Source: Selaginella moellendorffii
Taxonomy: Eukaryota; Plantae; Lycopodiophyta
Reading direction: 5' to 3'
Assembly: GCF_000143415.4 (NCBI RefSeq)
Contig: NW_003314266.1
Location: 1,510,463 to 1,574,462 of the forward strand
Length of the DNA: 64,000 nt
The notes under the pieces are model-generated. The model did not search any database and was not told the origin of the DNA. It worked only from the letters and a program-made list of their open reading frames with translations. Made by a program: the position numbers and the translations under genes. This document shows, piece by piece, positions 35,667 through 48,400 of this stretch (position 1 is its first letter; every line of letters begins with the position of its first letter).

Positions 35667-36420
35667 CTAATTACGTGCCAAAAGAAGCAGCCAACATTCT
35701 ACCATCCAGATCTTGCTTATTCGATCCAGATCCTTAAGATTGAAACCTGGATCACTTTGCTGAGAGCATGCTTTTCTCAGCAGCCTTCCACACAAGCTTG
35801 GGTTCCCAACATAGCTCGAGTTGAGGAATGTGCTGAACTGGCCACCCCCGCTCATTAAATGACAGGTTGAGTGATGACAAAGTGTTCACCTCTTCAAACT
35901 CCATTGGAATCTCTCCGTACAAGCAATTCATCTGCGGAGTCTTCTGGGGAGCCTATATGATAGATGTTGTGGTGTGACAAGTTGAGATATCGAATGCTGA
36001 TTAACCCTCCAAGGCTTGGTGGAACCTCTCCACTTGAGTTAGATGACAAGTCCAGCAGAGTAGTCGTCCAAAAAACATATTCCTAGCCCATATTCTCTCG
36101 TCCTTTGATTTGCAGAAAGTCTTGGTGATGATCCCCATATCCCCATCATGTTAGTGGGGACTACCAATAGGTATTTGTACCAGTGAGCAATTGCCAAGAG
36201 AATCTGGTATAGTACTGTTGAGCATTCCAAGCTTAACTGGAATTTCTCCATGACTATTGTTGTTGGAGAGACTAAGCACTTGAAGGGTTTTCAAGTGTCC
36301 AAACTCCTTTGGAATGTCTATTGTTTAGATTCATGTCCTTGAGCTTCAACAGCTTTCTCATTATTTCAATTGGAATACCGCCAATAAATTCCCTTTTGAA
36401 TGCCATTCTTAGAGAGGTTA
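35667..36420 (-). pseudogene. LRR receptor-like protein pseudogene
   Basis: Fragments LKTLQVLSLSNNNSHGEIP, GEVPPSLGGLISIRYLNLSH, GGQFSTFLNSSYVGNPSLCG (LRR C-cap) in different frames with stops. Confidence 0.75.
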
Positions 36421-37052
36421 GTGACCTAGAGAAGAAGTTTATCCAAAGAACTTGCTAATAGAAATAGACAAAGAAGCTAATTATTAAACGTAGCGATCGG
36501 TTTTGTTCTTTTTGCAAGGGTGGTGGCAATGATTCTAAGAACAAAGTAGCTTGGAAGGGCCTTTCTTGGGGAATGGTAATTCTTCTTCACCAAGTTACGC
36601 TTGAGAACTTGGCCAGGATTTCAATGCTTTCTTGGCATTGTCTTGCCTTCTCTTTTTTACTACAATTGAGCGTGATCGTGGCAAGTGATCCAACTGATTG
36701 ATTAATGTGATTCTTTTTTCTCTTCTCTCGAGCTCGACCTAACTAGCAACGTGAATTGGGAGTGAACCATTCAGAGAATTTACCCCACTTTTTCTAAGGG
36801 TTTCCGCTTGTAAGGGTGTGCTCAGCTTTTCTTCATTTCCATTGAGCAAGGTAAGTACTTGATCCAGCAAGTTATGGTATGGTCCTCTCAATTTTTTTTC
36901 TCTTCAGTTGCTAGAACTTTCCAGCCGATAAGCGCTCGCATGAATGGCTTCCTTCATACACTCATACCATTATGGCGGCCATGTTCTGAGATACATGATT
37001 GCAAGCTCCGGGACAAAATCGGGTTTTTGTGGGTTTAGGGTTTAGGGCAAGG

Positions 37053-38645
37053 ATGCAAGGCGCGGCAGTGTCGCCGGCGTCATCGTCTTCCTCGTCACAG
37101 CATCCCCTGTCGCGATTGAGCTTCGGCACAGCGGGCCACGCGCGCCTTGGATTTGCTCGCCAGAGATTTCCTTTCGGTACCAGTTTGTGTGTTTCTTCCG
37201 GCGATCAGGGAAATGCCGAGGATCTGGCCGCGGGATCAAACAGCAACAACGGCGTCCTCGTGCCGATGGAAGACCGCTCCGCCCCCGGGGTAGGAAAAAA
37301 TTCTCGAAAAGTTTTTCTTTGATGCTGATTGGGATTTTTTAGGTGCCAGAGAATGCAAGCGAGCATTCTTCCAAGCTGACTTCCACTGCCGGTCTTTTTC
37401 GGACACCAATCTCTGGCGGAGTAGAGAGCGCTACTTCGTCTCACGGTTTGCCAAAGCCTGCTCTTGCCGTGAGGAACCTTATGGAACAGGCAATACCTCT
37501 TTTTTCTTTTTCCTTGCTTTCTTTTTGACTTGGAGATGAAAGAACTTTCTAGGCTCGATATGCTCATCTTTGTACGACTATGTCACGGATGCATCACCGC
37601 CGCTCGGGCTATCCGTTTGGAACTTTGGTGGACTTTGCTGCCGATGCTCACGGACGTAAGTAGATCAAACTGGTTGCTTTCTATTGACTTGTGAAATTGC
37701 AGATCCAGTTTTCTCTCTTTCGCCTTTGGAGATACACACCAGGAATTTGCTTGTTGATCCTCGGTGCACGCTCGTTGTTCAGGTTTTCAGTCGCGGGAGG
37801 AAAGAATAAGTTTTTCTAACGAAGTTTTTTATTTATTTTGTAGGTCCCTGGATTTAGTGGCCTTGGGAACGCTAGAGCTACACTTTTCGGAGATGTATAT
37901 CCTCTTCCATCTGAGAAACAGGTACACCTTATCGTCAAGATTGATGTCAATCTTCCTTGTTGTTTTCAGGAGTGGGCGCATAAACAATACACGAAAAAGC
38001 ATCAGCAGGGAGCCTCACACCAGTGGGGCAACTTTTATTACTATCAAATGGAGAGAATCAGGTACGGGAAAGGCGAGTTGAATTTTGTAGGAGAAGATAA
38101 AACTCGATTTTGGTGGTCCAGTGACATCCTTTTCGTGGGAGGATTTGGCACTGTAGCCTGGGTAGGCGTGGATGAATACGAATCTGTGCAGCCCGATGTC
38201 ATAGCTGCTGATGGCGATGAAGATACACTCAAGGTAGCATTGACTGCTAGAATTTTTTTTATGTAGTTTCATCTCTTGACACGACTGCAGGCCTTGAATG
38301 CGATCTTCTCGAGACCACTCAAGGAAATGCTCGCCGCCGAGACCCAGACGGAAGTGGACGAGGCAGCGGTGATATCGATCGACAGCAGAGGCATAGATAT
38401 CCGGGTCCGCCAAGGATCCAAGGTACTATTCTTCGCCTTTTCTTCTTTTTCTTTTTCGTGTTTCTTGTCGTGGGTGTATTATTTCAAGCTTGGCAAAGTT
38501 TCCTAAGTTTCCCCAGCCCCTTATGCAGTTCAATGTGCAGAGGTTACCATTCGACGGTGGTCATCCGGTGGAAACTCTGGACGAGGCCAAGGCAGCTCTT
38601 TCCAAGCTCATCAAGAAACGCTCCAGAAAGCACACGGCGAGCTAG
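37053..38645 (+). CDS. Plastid split-barrel (pyridoxamine 5'-phosphate oxidase-like / GluTR-binding-protein-like) protein, multi-exon
   Basis: Transit peptide; LFRTPISGGV...AVRNLMEQARYAHLCTTMSRMHHRRSGYPFG...HTRNLLVDPRCTLVVQ...GGFGTVAWV...IDSRGIDIRVRQG; one GC-AG intron at 37490. Confidence 0.85.
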
Positions 38646-38860
38646 AAGCAGCGTTTGTATCTACTGTACACTGATAACGAAGAAAAACAAAACACCAGGT
38701 AAGTGTTTCCTTCTTCCTTTGCGAAGCTGGAAAGTTTTCCAGATTCCAGAGACTTGTAAACGTAGAAGTCGAGCAAGAAGCTTCTTTTCTGGTGGTGACC
38801 ACCAAAGAAGTGTTTTCTCTTCGAGGAGAGATGTGATTTTGATCATAGACAATGAAAGTT

Positions 38861-39499
38861 CTATCTTCCAGCCTTCTTTTTGCCCGCTACAGCACCTTTC
38901 TTCTTTCCTTTGCGCGTTCTTGCGTTGTTCTTGGTTCTCTGGCCCCTCACGGGCAATCCGGCCTGGTGTCTCTTACCCCGGTAGCACTGGATCTCGATCA
39001 AGTGATTGATCGCGAGCTGGTTAAATCTCCTCTAGAAAAGAAAAGAAAAGAGAACGTTTGAGAGAAAGGAAGATTTCTGATAGAAAATGGAACTTTGCGT
39101 TACCAGATCGCCCTCGATCATGTATTTGCCGAGCTCGTCACGGATTTTGGTGAGCTCCGCGTCGGAGAGATCCTTGGTTCGCTTGTTGTCCATGGCGCAG
39201 TCGAGAAGGATCTGGCGCGCGGTCGTCTGCCCCACGCCGTGGATGTACTGCAGCGACGACTCGATGCGCTTGTTGTTTGGGATCTCCACACCGCCAACGC
39301 GAGCGCATCGAATGCTCAGGCCCTTGGCAATCTATAATATACGAGCTGAATCCATGGCTCTTTCCAGATGATTTTAAGGCGAATGGCTTTTGCTAACCTT
39401 GAATGTTGGAGGTGAGGAGCGGCGAGACACTGTTCTTGAGAAACTCCATTGCTCAATCGGTGTTCTCACTGAGCAGGATGTCGCCACTGCCATAGCCAT
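38861..39499 (-). CDS. RPS13: Plastid 30S ribosomal protein S13, 3 exons
   Basis: Transit peptide then [25 protein letters not shown]...IEGDLRRF...[24 protein letters not shown]. Confidence 0.92.
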
Positions 39500-39605
39500 G
39501 CCTTCTGCCCTAATTTTATCCGCTAGAATCTAGAATATGCTATAATTAAATCAAAAGTTAACTCGAAGTAATAAATTAGTTGATTTGTTTTAATTAATCA
39601 TCAAA

Positions 39606-39679
39606 GCTTGAGTAGCTCAGTTGGCCAGAGCGTGTGGCTGTTAACCACAAGGTCAGAGGTTCAACCCCTCTCTCAAGCG
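39606..39679 (+). tRNA. tRNA-Asn(GTT)
   Basis: GCTTGAG/CTCAAGC acceptor stem, A box TAGCTCAGTTGG, anticodon arm TGTGG-CTGTTAA-CCACA, perfect T stem AGAGG/CCTCT; upstream CAA. Confidence 0.92.
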
Positions 39680-39736
39680 AATTTATAAAATAAAATACAT
39701 CAAATATTTAGCTTAAATTTTTAATTAAATAACAAA

Positions 39737-39753
39737 GCTTGAGTAGCTCAGTT
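39737..39753 (+). pseudogene. 17-nt 5' fragment of tRNA-Asn
   Basis: gcttgagtagctcagtt, preceded by caaa as in copy 1, then AT-rich sequence. Confidence 0.75.
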
Positions 39754-39791
39754 ATCTATAATTATATATTAACCTCTAATTAATAAATAAA

Positions 39792-39865
39792 GCTTGAGTA
39801 GCTCAGTTGGTCAGAGCGTGTGGCTGTTAACCACAAGGTCAAAGGTTCGAAACCTCTCTCAAGCG
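39792..39865 (+). tRNA. tRNA-Asn(GTT), second copy with one T-stem mismatch
   Basis: Same cloverleaf; T stem AAAGG/CCTCT has an A-C mismatch; B box GGTTCGAAAC; oligo-T terminator at ~39877. Confidence 0.85.
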
Positions 39866-40005
39866 AAGTTTATAACTTTTTTTAAATTTTAAATTTTAAA
39901 TTTAATTTATACGCTTTAATTTTAACTAAAGGCTGGCGATAGGCTCGAGAAAATTTCTAATTTCTAGTTAGTGACCATGGAGCTACTAGGGCAGCGCAGT
40001 TGGGA

Positions 40006-41102
40006 ATGGCAGATCGAGTAGCGGTGGAAGCGTCGAGGCTCCGCGGTAAGGTCGCGATTGTGACCGCGTCCACGCAGGGGATCGGATTTGGCATTGCTCG
40101 AAGGCTAGGATTGGAAGGCGCCTCGGTTGTTGTCTCCTCGCGCAAGCAGGTAACAAAAGGAATTTTTTGAGAGAATAGGTGTGCGTTTTGGGCGAAATTG
40201 GAGCTGACCGCTTTCAGAAAAATGTGGACGAAGCTGTTGCGTCTTTAAAGTCGCTTGGGATCGATGCCTTCGGAGTTGTGTGCCATGTTTCCGACGCTTC
40301 CCAGAGGCAGAATTTGATGCAAAAGACTGTCGATGTAAGTCTGACTTCTTCTCTCCTTGAAAAGCTTAGTTTTTTTTTTTTTTCCTTGTGCCTTGCAGAA
40401 ATATGGTCGCATCGACATTCTCGTTTCCAATGCTGCCTCAAATCCGTCAGTGGACACTCTGGTGGAGATCTCCGACAAGGCTCTCGATAAACTCTGGGAA
40501 GTTAATGTCAAGGCCACTGTGCAAGTCATTCAGGTACAATCCAGCAGCTTAGTTTCGATCAAACTCTTTAAACTCCTTTTCTTTTGGCCTCTTTGGACAG
40601 GCGGCGGCGCCTCATCTATCAGAGGGCTCATCAATTGTGTTGATCTCCTCCATAGCCGGATATAATCCCTCCGCTGGCCTCGCCATGTATAGCGTCGCGA
40701 AAACAGCGTTGCTCGGACTGACAAAGGTCTGAATGTTTTCTTTTCTGTTCTCTCTGTTGGTTTTAAAGTTGTTCTCTCTTTCCAGGCGCTGGCGATGGAA
40801 CTCGCTCCAAAAACTCGAGTGAACGGCGTCGCGCCGGGATTTGTGCCCACGCACTTCGCGAGCTACCTCACAGAGAACGAAGCTATCGTAAGTTCTTGGT
40901 TTCTCTTCTCGATGATCGCGTTGTCTTCGTCCATATCCTCGTTCTTTCGCAGAGATCAGGCATCGAGTCCCAGACGCTGCTGAAAAGACTCGGAACAGTG
41001 GACGACATGGGGGCGGCGGTAGCGTTTCTAGTCTCGAGTGACGCATCATACATCACTGGCGAGACCATTGTTGTAGCTGGAGGGATCCAAAGTAGACTAT
41101 GA
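40006..41102 (+). CDS. SDRA: Peroxisomal short-chain dehydrogenase (SDRA/IBR1, DHRS4-like), multi-exon
   Basis: [21 protein letters not shown]; [12 protein letters not shown]; catalytic YSVAK; [12 protein letters not shown]; C-terminal PTS1 SRL. Confidence 0.92.
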
Positions 41103-42112
41103 GACTTTGTGCCCTGGATCCACAGTAGTCTTGCTACAAATCGGATCCCATGGTAACTTAAAACGCTCCAAATGCCACAGCCAGCCTCTCGCTGTGGGGT
41201 TTCCACCTTCCCTCTGATCAACTAGCCTTGAAAATGTAGCCAACAATCGTCATTCTCATTTCCTCCCGTGTGACTTCCATCATCAACTAAAACGTATGAT
41301 AAGAATTTTCACTTGGTCCAGACTTGTGGGGATTCTTCTCTCCAGGTACAGTCTTTCAAGGTTGATGATTTGGCACGAACTAGATCATCATCTCCCTTGC
41401 ATTTTCCAAGCTTCTTAACACACAGTCCGTACGAGTTTTGGTTTTGGCGGGAATATAAAACCCTGGACTTTAGGGCAGAACGGTATAGACCGTCTGGTGT
41501 AGCCTCCAGATCCTGGACTTCACCTCCCACATTCTCCTTGTACGAGATTACCTCACGATTTCTACAAGCGGCTTGCTTCTTCTTACCGGACTGCGTGTTC
41601 CGCGTCATCGCTCTCGCTAGAGCGCTGGGCGCGGCGCCGACGATCCGATGGCGCTGGCAGCTAGCCCTAAAAGCCTAAGCCTCAAACTCGATCGGGCTAG
41701 GGATGCAGCGCTGTGCATCATTTTAGTCAAGGTAAGTTACTTGCTAAGTATTTCATCACTTTTACAAGTTTATTACAGATGGCCGTTTTGGCTATGTGTT
41801 TATCCTGTTGTTGCATCAAGTAATGCCAAAAACTTACTATACGTCGGTAAGGAAGTCATTGGGTAACATCTTCATTGGCAAGTAAGAACTTGTTCTAGTG
41901 ACTATCTCAAACTTATTCTGGATTTAGCATGTGGAGCATATTGAAGATGACGGATCTGCTCACATTTGCGAAGGATGAAATACAAAACTGTCGTGCCAAA
42001 CATCAAACCACTCTGCAGAACTTGATCAGGCAGGCATTTATGTATGTGTGTGCCGAGGAGGAGAGAAAGAAAAGTTGTTTTTGTTCTCAGTATAGTGCTG
42101 TATTTAATTGAA

Positions 42113-42935
42113 GGTTTTGCAGAGCTTCCTGTCGACTCCAGTCCTCCTGTCGATGCCTCTAGCTCTGCAGATCTTCATAGCAGTTCTATGGGGTATATAT
42201 ATTCCTTTATGCGAGTATTTGAAGCTTGTTTTAAATTTTCTTTCTGTTTCTATAGGTTAATCGGCCTGGCCCACTTGCGGCAAATCCCTCATTTTTTGAG
42301 TATATTAAGCATGTTTTATTTTCTTTTATGCATTTTTTGTGTATAGAAGTATTTCTTATCTTTGTTTTCTGTTTCTGTATCAAGGAAGATCAAATGGCAA
42401 TTGTCACCTGTAACCCATCCTCCTTTCTTGGGTATATTGCTGTTAGTTAACTATTTTTATTTTCTTTTATGCATTTTTCTATGTTTATATGATTATTCTA
42501 AACTTTTCAAGCTAATAAAAAAGAGTGCACTTGGATTCTATAAATCAATTAATTAATTTTTTTTAATTGATTTTTTCAAATTCTGAAAAGAAAGTAAGCT
42601 TAATAGAAATTTTTGTGATCTTTGCTTTTTGTTTCTACATCAGTAGGATCTAGCTACAACTGTTTTTCCCGGCCCATCTTTAATGGATTCCTCCATTCTT
42701 GGGTATATTGAGCATGTTTTGTTTACTTTTATGCATTTTGTTATGTATAAATTTTTTTTTTATCTTTGCTTTTTATTTTTGTATTAGGGAAGATCAATGA
42801 GTAATCATTTTAACGATGGATCTTTCTTTTCTCAGGTATATTTAACATACTTTAATTTTTTTTGTGCATTTAGAAATTTTTCTGATTTTTTATTTGTTTC
42901 TTTATTAAGGGGGATTAAGTTTTGTCTGGCTCATT
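42113..42935 (+). repeat. Diverged tandem array (~133-bp period) of short exon-like + intron-like units
   Basis: GTATAT donor-like sites at 42193, 42300, 42432, 42703, 42836, most followed by ...ttatgcatttt...tttctgtttc...AG. Confidence 0.7.
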
Positions 42936-43969
42936 CGTGTCTTAGGCAATTGATAAAAACATTATTAATAGTGTGAACATTGGGTAAACAAGTGTTATTT
43001 TCTTTTCTTTATAGGTACTTTATTTATTCTCTTCTGAACATAAGTTGTTGCATGAAAATAATAATCTTCATGATCATTTTAAATTGGAATTTCATGAGTG
43101 AATAGATGTTAATGTAAATCAATGTTATTGATTTTCCATTAGTTGCTGACCTTTTTGTGCAAGAAATCAAGTTCAAGAGAAAAAACATAGTTTTGTGGAT
43201 AATAGTAAATTTAATGAAGATGCTTATGAAATAATAGGTTTACAAATCTTGTTAATTTATAAAGAAATTTAAATTTTTAGTTACTGATTTTAAAAACTTA
43301 TATACTTATATACTTATTTTTAAAATTAATAAGTGAATCTTAAATTAATAACTTATTATTTATATTGATAAAAATTTATAATTAAAAAATATTAATAACT
43401 TAACAAATCCAACATGTATGTTTAATCCTGATAAATTGTAAATTGGACACTTGAATCCAAGAATTAAAAAAAAAAACAACACACTTTGAGTTTCCATCCA
43501 TATATAAAAAAATTTATTAAAAAATTAGTAATTATTTAATAGTAATAACATTATTATAATAAATTATTTAATCTCTAATTTAATACTACTAAAAACTTGG
43601 TGAGTTAGTCTTTCTAAATTTGTATTTATAGTTTTTACACTAAATAAATTAAAAATTATTTATATATTACAACTATTTAGAAAATATTAAAAATACACAA
43701 CACTTAAAAAATGAGTTTATGATAAAACAGTTTAAAACACATAATATTTTGTTGAAAGTGTTAAGATATGATTGAAAACTATACTAATTTTATAAATTAT
43801 TTTATTCTTCACTAATTTTTCTTTACAAAATGATTAACAACAATATTAGATTTAATTAATTAAGTTTCTATTGGTTAAAACCATAAGGTCCTTTCTCAAC
43901 TAACATACATTTAAATTAAATTGTTCTAATAATTTTTCTAATTTACTAGTTATAGTTAAACATTACTCA

Positions 43970-44745
43970 AATTTGGCATTGCAGAAAGGCTAGGATTGGG
44001 AGGCACCTCGGTTGTTGTATTCGCACAAGCAGGTAACAAAAGGAAAATTTCAAGAGAATTGGGGATCAGTTCCTTGTAGGAGTTGAGGGCTATCGTTTTT
44101 TTAGAAAAATGTGGATGAAGCTGTTGCAAAGTCGCTTGGGTTGATGCCTTCGCCATGTTTCCGATGCTGCCCAAAGGCAAAATTTGATGCAAAAGACTGT
44201 CAATGTAACTCTGACTCTCCTTGAAAAGCTTTTTTTTTTTTTTTTTCTTGTGCCTTGCAGAAATATGGTCGCATCGATAGTCTCGTTTCCAAAGCTGCCT
44301 CAAATCCATCAGTGGACACTCTGGTGGAGATCTCCGACAAGGCTCTCGATAAACTCTTGGGAAGTTAATATCAAGGCCACTGTGCAAGCCATTCAGGTAC
44401 AATCTAGCAAACTTAGTTTCGATCAAACTCTTTTAACTCCTTTTCTTTTGGCCTCTTTGGATAGGCCGCGGTACCTCCCGGGATTTGTGCCTGCCCACGC
44501 ACTTCGCGAGCTACCTCACAGAGAACGGAGCTATCGTAAGTTTTTGGTTTCTCTTCTCAATAATCGCGTTGTCTTCGTCCATCTTCTCGTTATTTCGCAG
44601 AGATCAAACATTGAGTCCCAGACGCTACTGAAAAGACTCGGAACAGTGGACGACATGGAATCCCTCCAGCTACGACAATCGTCTCGCCAGTGATGTCACT
44701 CGAGACTAGAAACGCTACCGCCGCCCGCAGTAGACTATGAGACTA
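43970..44745 (+). pseudogene. Rearranged duplicate (pseudogene) of the SDRA gene, introns retained
   Basis: Near-identical to 40085-41105 but lacks the 5' end, has frameshifts, has lost the YSVAK-coding block and carries a 67-bp inversion. Confidence 0.92.
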
Positions 44746-45462
44746 TGAGAGAGATTGGCAAAAGCAGGACACTTAGAAGTGGTCTCACAAGTATTTATAA
44801 ACATTTTTACAGACGTTTCTTCTAAAGTTATTTTGATTTGAAACAATCATGATTATTCAAAGAAAAAAAAACTACACAGCACATTATAGAACCTTTACAA
44901 TTTGATAAGATGTGGACAACAACGTTAGGTGCCATGTCCACCAATAGAACTAAATTCAAGTGTTTGTATCCACCCTTCACACAACACACATAAAAGGTGG
45001 ACCGTCCACGTGTCAGCATCCGGAGGTACATCGCCATCAACGCCGACGCTAGACCGACAAAGAGAAAATATGCGCGCTAGTATTTCGGCTTGGCTTCTTC
45101 TTTCGCGCTTGACTTGCTACCTCGGAATCACTGTGCTACCCCTGAAACTCAAACTTTCCACACTTTCTAGAAGAGAGAGAGCTCCTCTTTTTTTTTTTGT
45201 TCGATGCTTACGGGATTTGGCAGAGAAACCCACGCGTCGAAGTCGCAATGGCGAATTCCGGACGATCTGCCGACGATTTTCCAGTGTCTTAATTCCAAAA
45301 AGCGGAGCTCTGCTGAGTAGAAAAAGCTTACCACTGTCGCTTTGTTGCATTGCTGCGATTTCAATGGCTCTCGTCGCGCTGCGCGAGGAGATGTTGATCG
45401 GTCATTAAAGAGTCTCCTTGCTCGGGTTTCCTCTTCCCAGTGAGTGAGTGAGCTCGCAGAAA

Positions 45463-48400
45463 ATGAGGACCAAGTTTGGTTTTGCGCTGGGATTCAGTCA
45501 TCCCGTTCTCCAAGTTGTCCTTCTCCTGTTCACGACGATTATCAGTAGCAGCAGCAGTGAATCCACTCTACCTCAGATTTATGGCGATGTAGCTCCAGCT
45601 CCAGCTCCAGCAGGTACTTTTTTCGCGACCGATCCATCGGAAGTTGCTGTTTTGAGAGCCATTCCTGCGATTTCCTGGGCCGCGGCCGCTGCCAATGATC
45701 CCTGCTCGCCACCCTCGACTTGGCCGGGAGTAACCTGCGTGCTCCGAAACCAGTCGTCGCTTCCAGCTGCTTATCACGTCTCCGGCATTGAACTCTCCCG
45801 TGACACTCCACAGGCACTGTCCATTCTCCTGTCCGTCGCGTCGCAGCTCGGGTACTTGCAAAGCCTCCGAGTCACCAGAACCACCTCGTCGTCGCCTTCG
45901 TTTTCCATCTCCATCCCCGAATCCATCGGACAAGTCCAGCAGCTCCGGCATCTCGACCTCAGTGAGAACGGGCTCCATCTCGGTGGCCCGATACCAGGCC
46001 AGCTAGGTAGCCTCTCCAAGCTCAGGCTCCTCGGGCTCGCAGGAAATCAGCTCACGGGCTCCATCCCGGAAGAGCTTTGCACAATCTCGTCGCTCAAGTA
46101 TCTAGACTTGAGTAGAAACCAGCTCCAGGGACCGGTTCCAGCCTGCCTCGGGAATTCTTCCAGTCTGAGAGTGCTCGACCTCGGATCAAACCGGCTACGG
46201 AGCCGGATACCGGCTGAGCTCGGACAACTTTCCAGCCTGCTCTATCTGAACTTGGAGAACAACCGCCTTCAAGGTGAAGTTCCGGAGTCGCTCGGGTCTC
46301 TCAGGTCGTTGCAAACTCTTCGATGCGGTAGAAACATGCTCGAGGGAGCCCTTCCCAGGCAGCTCGGACAGGCTCGGAGTTTACAGGTGCTGGATTTCTC
46401 GCTCAACTCCGATATCGCTGGAAGCATTCCTGCCTCACTGGGTAGCTTGAGTGACATCGTTGAGCTTTCCTTGTTCTCCATGGGATTGAACGGAACCATT
46501 CCCAGCGAACTCGGTAAGCTCCGCAACTTGTCAGCGCTTCGGCTCCATTCCAACTCCATCTCTGGCTCCATTCCCGGCTCGTTCTCGGAGCTTTCCAGTC
46601 TTAAAGTCCTCCAGCTCCAGGGGAATCAGCTCTCGGGATCACTTCCAAGGTCTGTTTTCAAGCGGCTCTCTGGTTTGCAAGGACTGTACCTCCAGATCAA
46701 CTCCTTCACAGGTGTTTTGCCGGTGGAAATAACTCGGATGCCCAATCTGTCCGTCCTCAACCTCGGTTTCAACCAGCTGGATGGAGAGCTGCCTGAAACG
46801 CTCGGAAGCATGCCCAGTCTCGAGTGGCTGCTGCTCGGGAGAAATCGATTTTCCGGTCAAATTCCAGCCTCACTCGGCGAACTTCGCAAGCTCCGGCTCC
46901 TGGATCTCTCCAACAACTTGCTTGTCGGCTCAGTGCCTGCGAGCATCCTCGACGCCGCCAGCATCGAGAAAAACCTCCACTTCAACCAGCTGAATTCCAC
47001 CGGCTTGCTCCACAACCTGTGCTTGCAGCCGCCGTGCTCGCAGCAGCAGGATCATTCGCCAGACATCACCTCCAACAGAATCTCTGACTCGTTCGCGATC
47101 AACGCAGGCGGTCCCGAGCACATCTTGACGAGCCGCCACCTTTTTTTCCAGGCCGATGACGTCTTTGCGAATACCTCAGTGGGATACTTTGTCGGGAATC
47201 CGACCTGTTCAGCGAGCTCTGCTTCCTGGGCCATCAGCCTCTCGGGTTCCACCGCCTCCTCACGGATCATCTCGACGAATTCCTCCACCAGTGGGATTGA
47301 CTCGAGGTTCGTGGAAGCCACCCAGGAACTTTACACGACTGCTCGAGTAGGCGGCGACTCCATCGCCTACTATGGACGATGCCTGAAGCCCGGGAGCTAT
47401 GCCGTCGAGCTCCACTTCATCGAGCTCGAAAACTACACTGTAGATTCCCCCGGAAGACGTGTCTTCGACGTGTTTCTCCAAGAGCAGCGTGTGCACGAGA
47501 AGCTGGACGTCTTCCGCGTCGCTGGAGGTCCCTTCGTTCCTCTCGTTCTGAAGTTCCAAGCTCGAGTTGGCGAAGAGTCCTCAACTTTGAAGCTGGAGCT
47601 ACGAGGAACCGGGAGCTGGAACACTAGCGGCGCTGCTGGATCATACCACGGACCAACCATCTCGGCTATCCGAGTCTACGCGAACACCACGAGCTCCTTG
47701 GGCATTTCGGGTAACACATCCTCCTCTAGAATGGCTCGCGAGCTCTGGGCCATCCTTGGAACGAGTATAGGAATCCTCGCCATCGTCTGTATCACTCTCT
47801 TCGTCGGCCTGGCTTGCTGGCTGAGAAGAGCCGAGAAGAAAGCTCGGATGATCTCCGAGGAAGAACATACCGGAGGCGAGCATTCGATCTCCATCGACCA
47901 TATCCATCAGAGCTTGAGCAACTCCAACGCTGCCGCTCTCGCCACTTTCGAGTTCTCGGAGCTGGAAGAAGCCACGCAGAGGTTTAGCTCGGACAATCTT
48001 CTCGGGCAAGGAGCATATGGAAGAGTCTACAAGGGGTTCTTACCGGATGGGAAGATCGTGGCGATCAAGCAGCTCGTCCATCGTACCCCGACGTGCCAGC
48101 GCTGGTTCTACCACGAGCTCCAAGTGATCAGCTCCGTGCGCCACCGGAATCTCGTGCCTCTCATCGGCTGCTGCATCGATCGAGGGTTTCCACTCCTCGT
48201 CTGCGAATTCATGCCCAACGGGAGCCTCCAGGCCGCGCTCTTCGGTCGGGACAGCGGCATTTTCCTCGACTGGGAGCGGCGGCTCCAAATCGCACTGGAT
48301 GTGGCCCGGGGATTGCAGTACCTCCACGAAGATTGCGCCAAGGTGAGGATCATCCACCGCGATGTCAAGCCCGGAAATATCCTGCTGGACGAGGAGATGC

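Noticed and set aside
41309-41678. Overlapping 99-121 aa ORFs downstream of SDRA
   Set aside because: No recognisable family and non-ATG starts.
42113-42935. CRISPR-like interpretation of the conserved-repeat / variable-spacer array
   Set aside because: Units are long, degenerate and T-rich with splice signals; eukaryotic context and no cas genes.
43956-44693. 156-aa and 169-aa ORFs
   Set aside because: Out-of-frame or antisense readings of the SDRA pseudogene.
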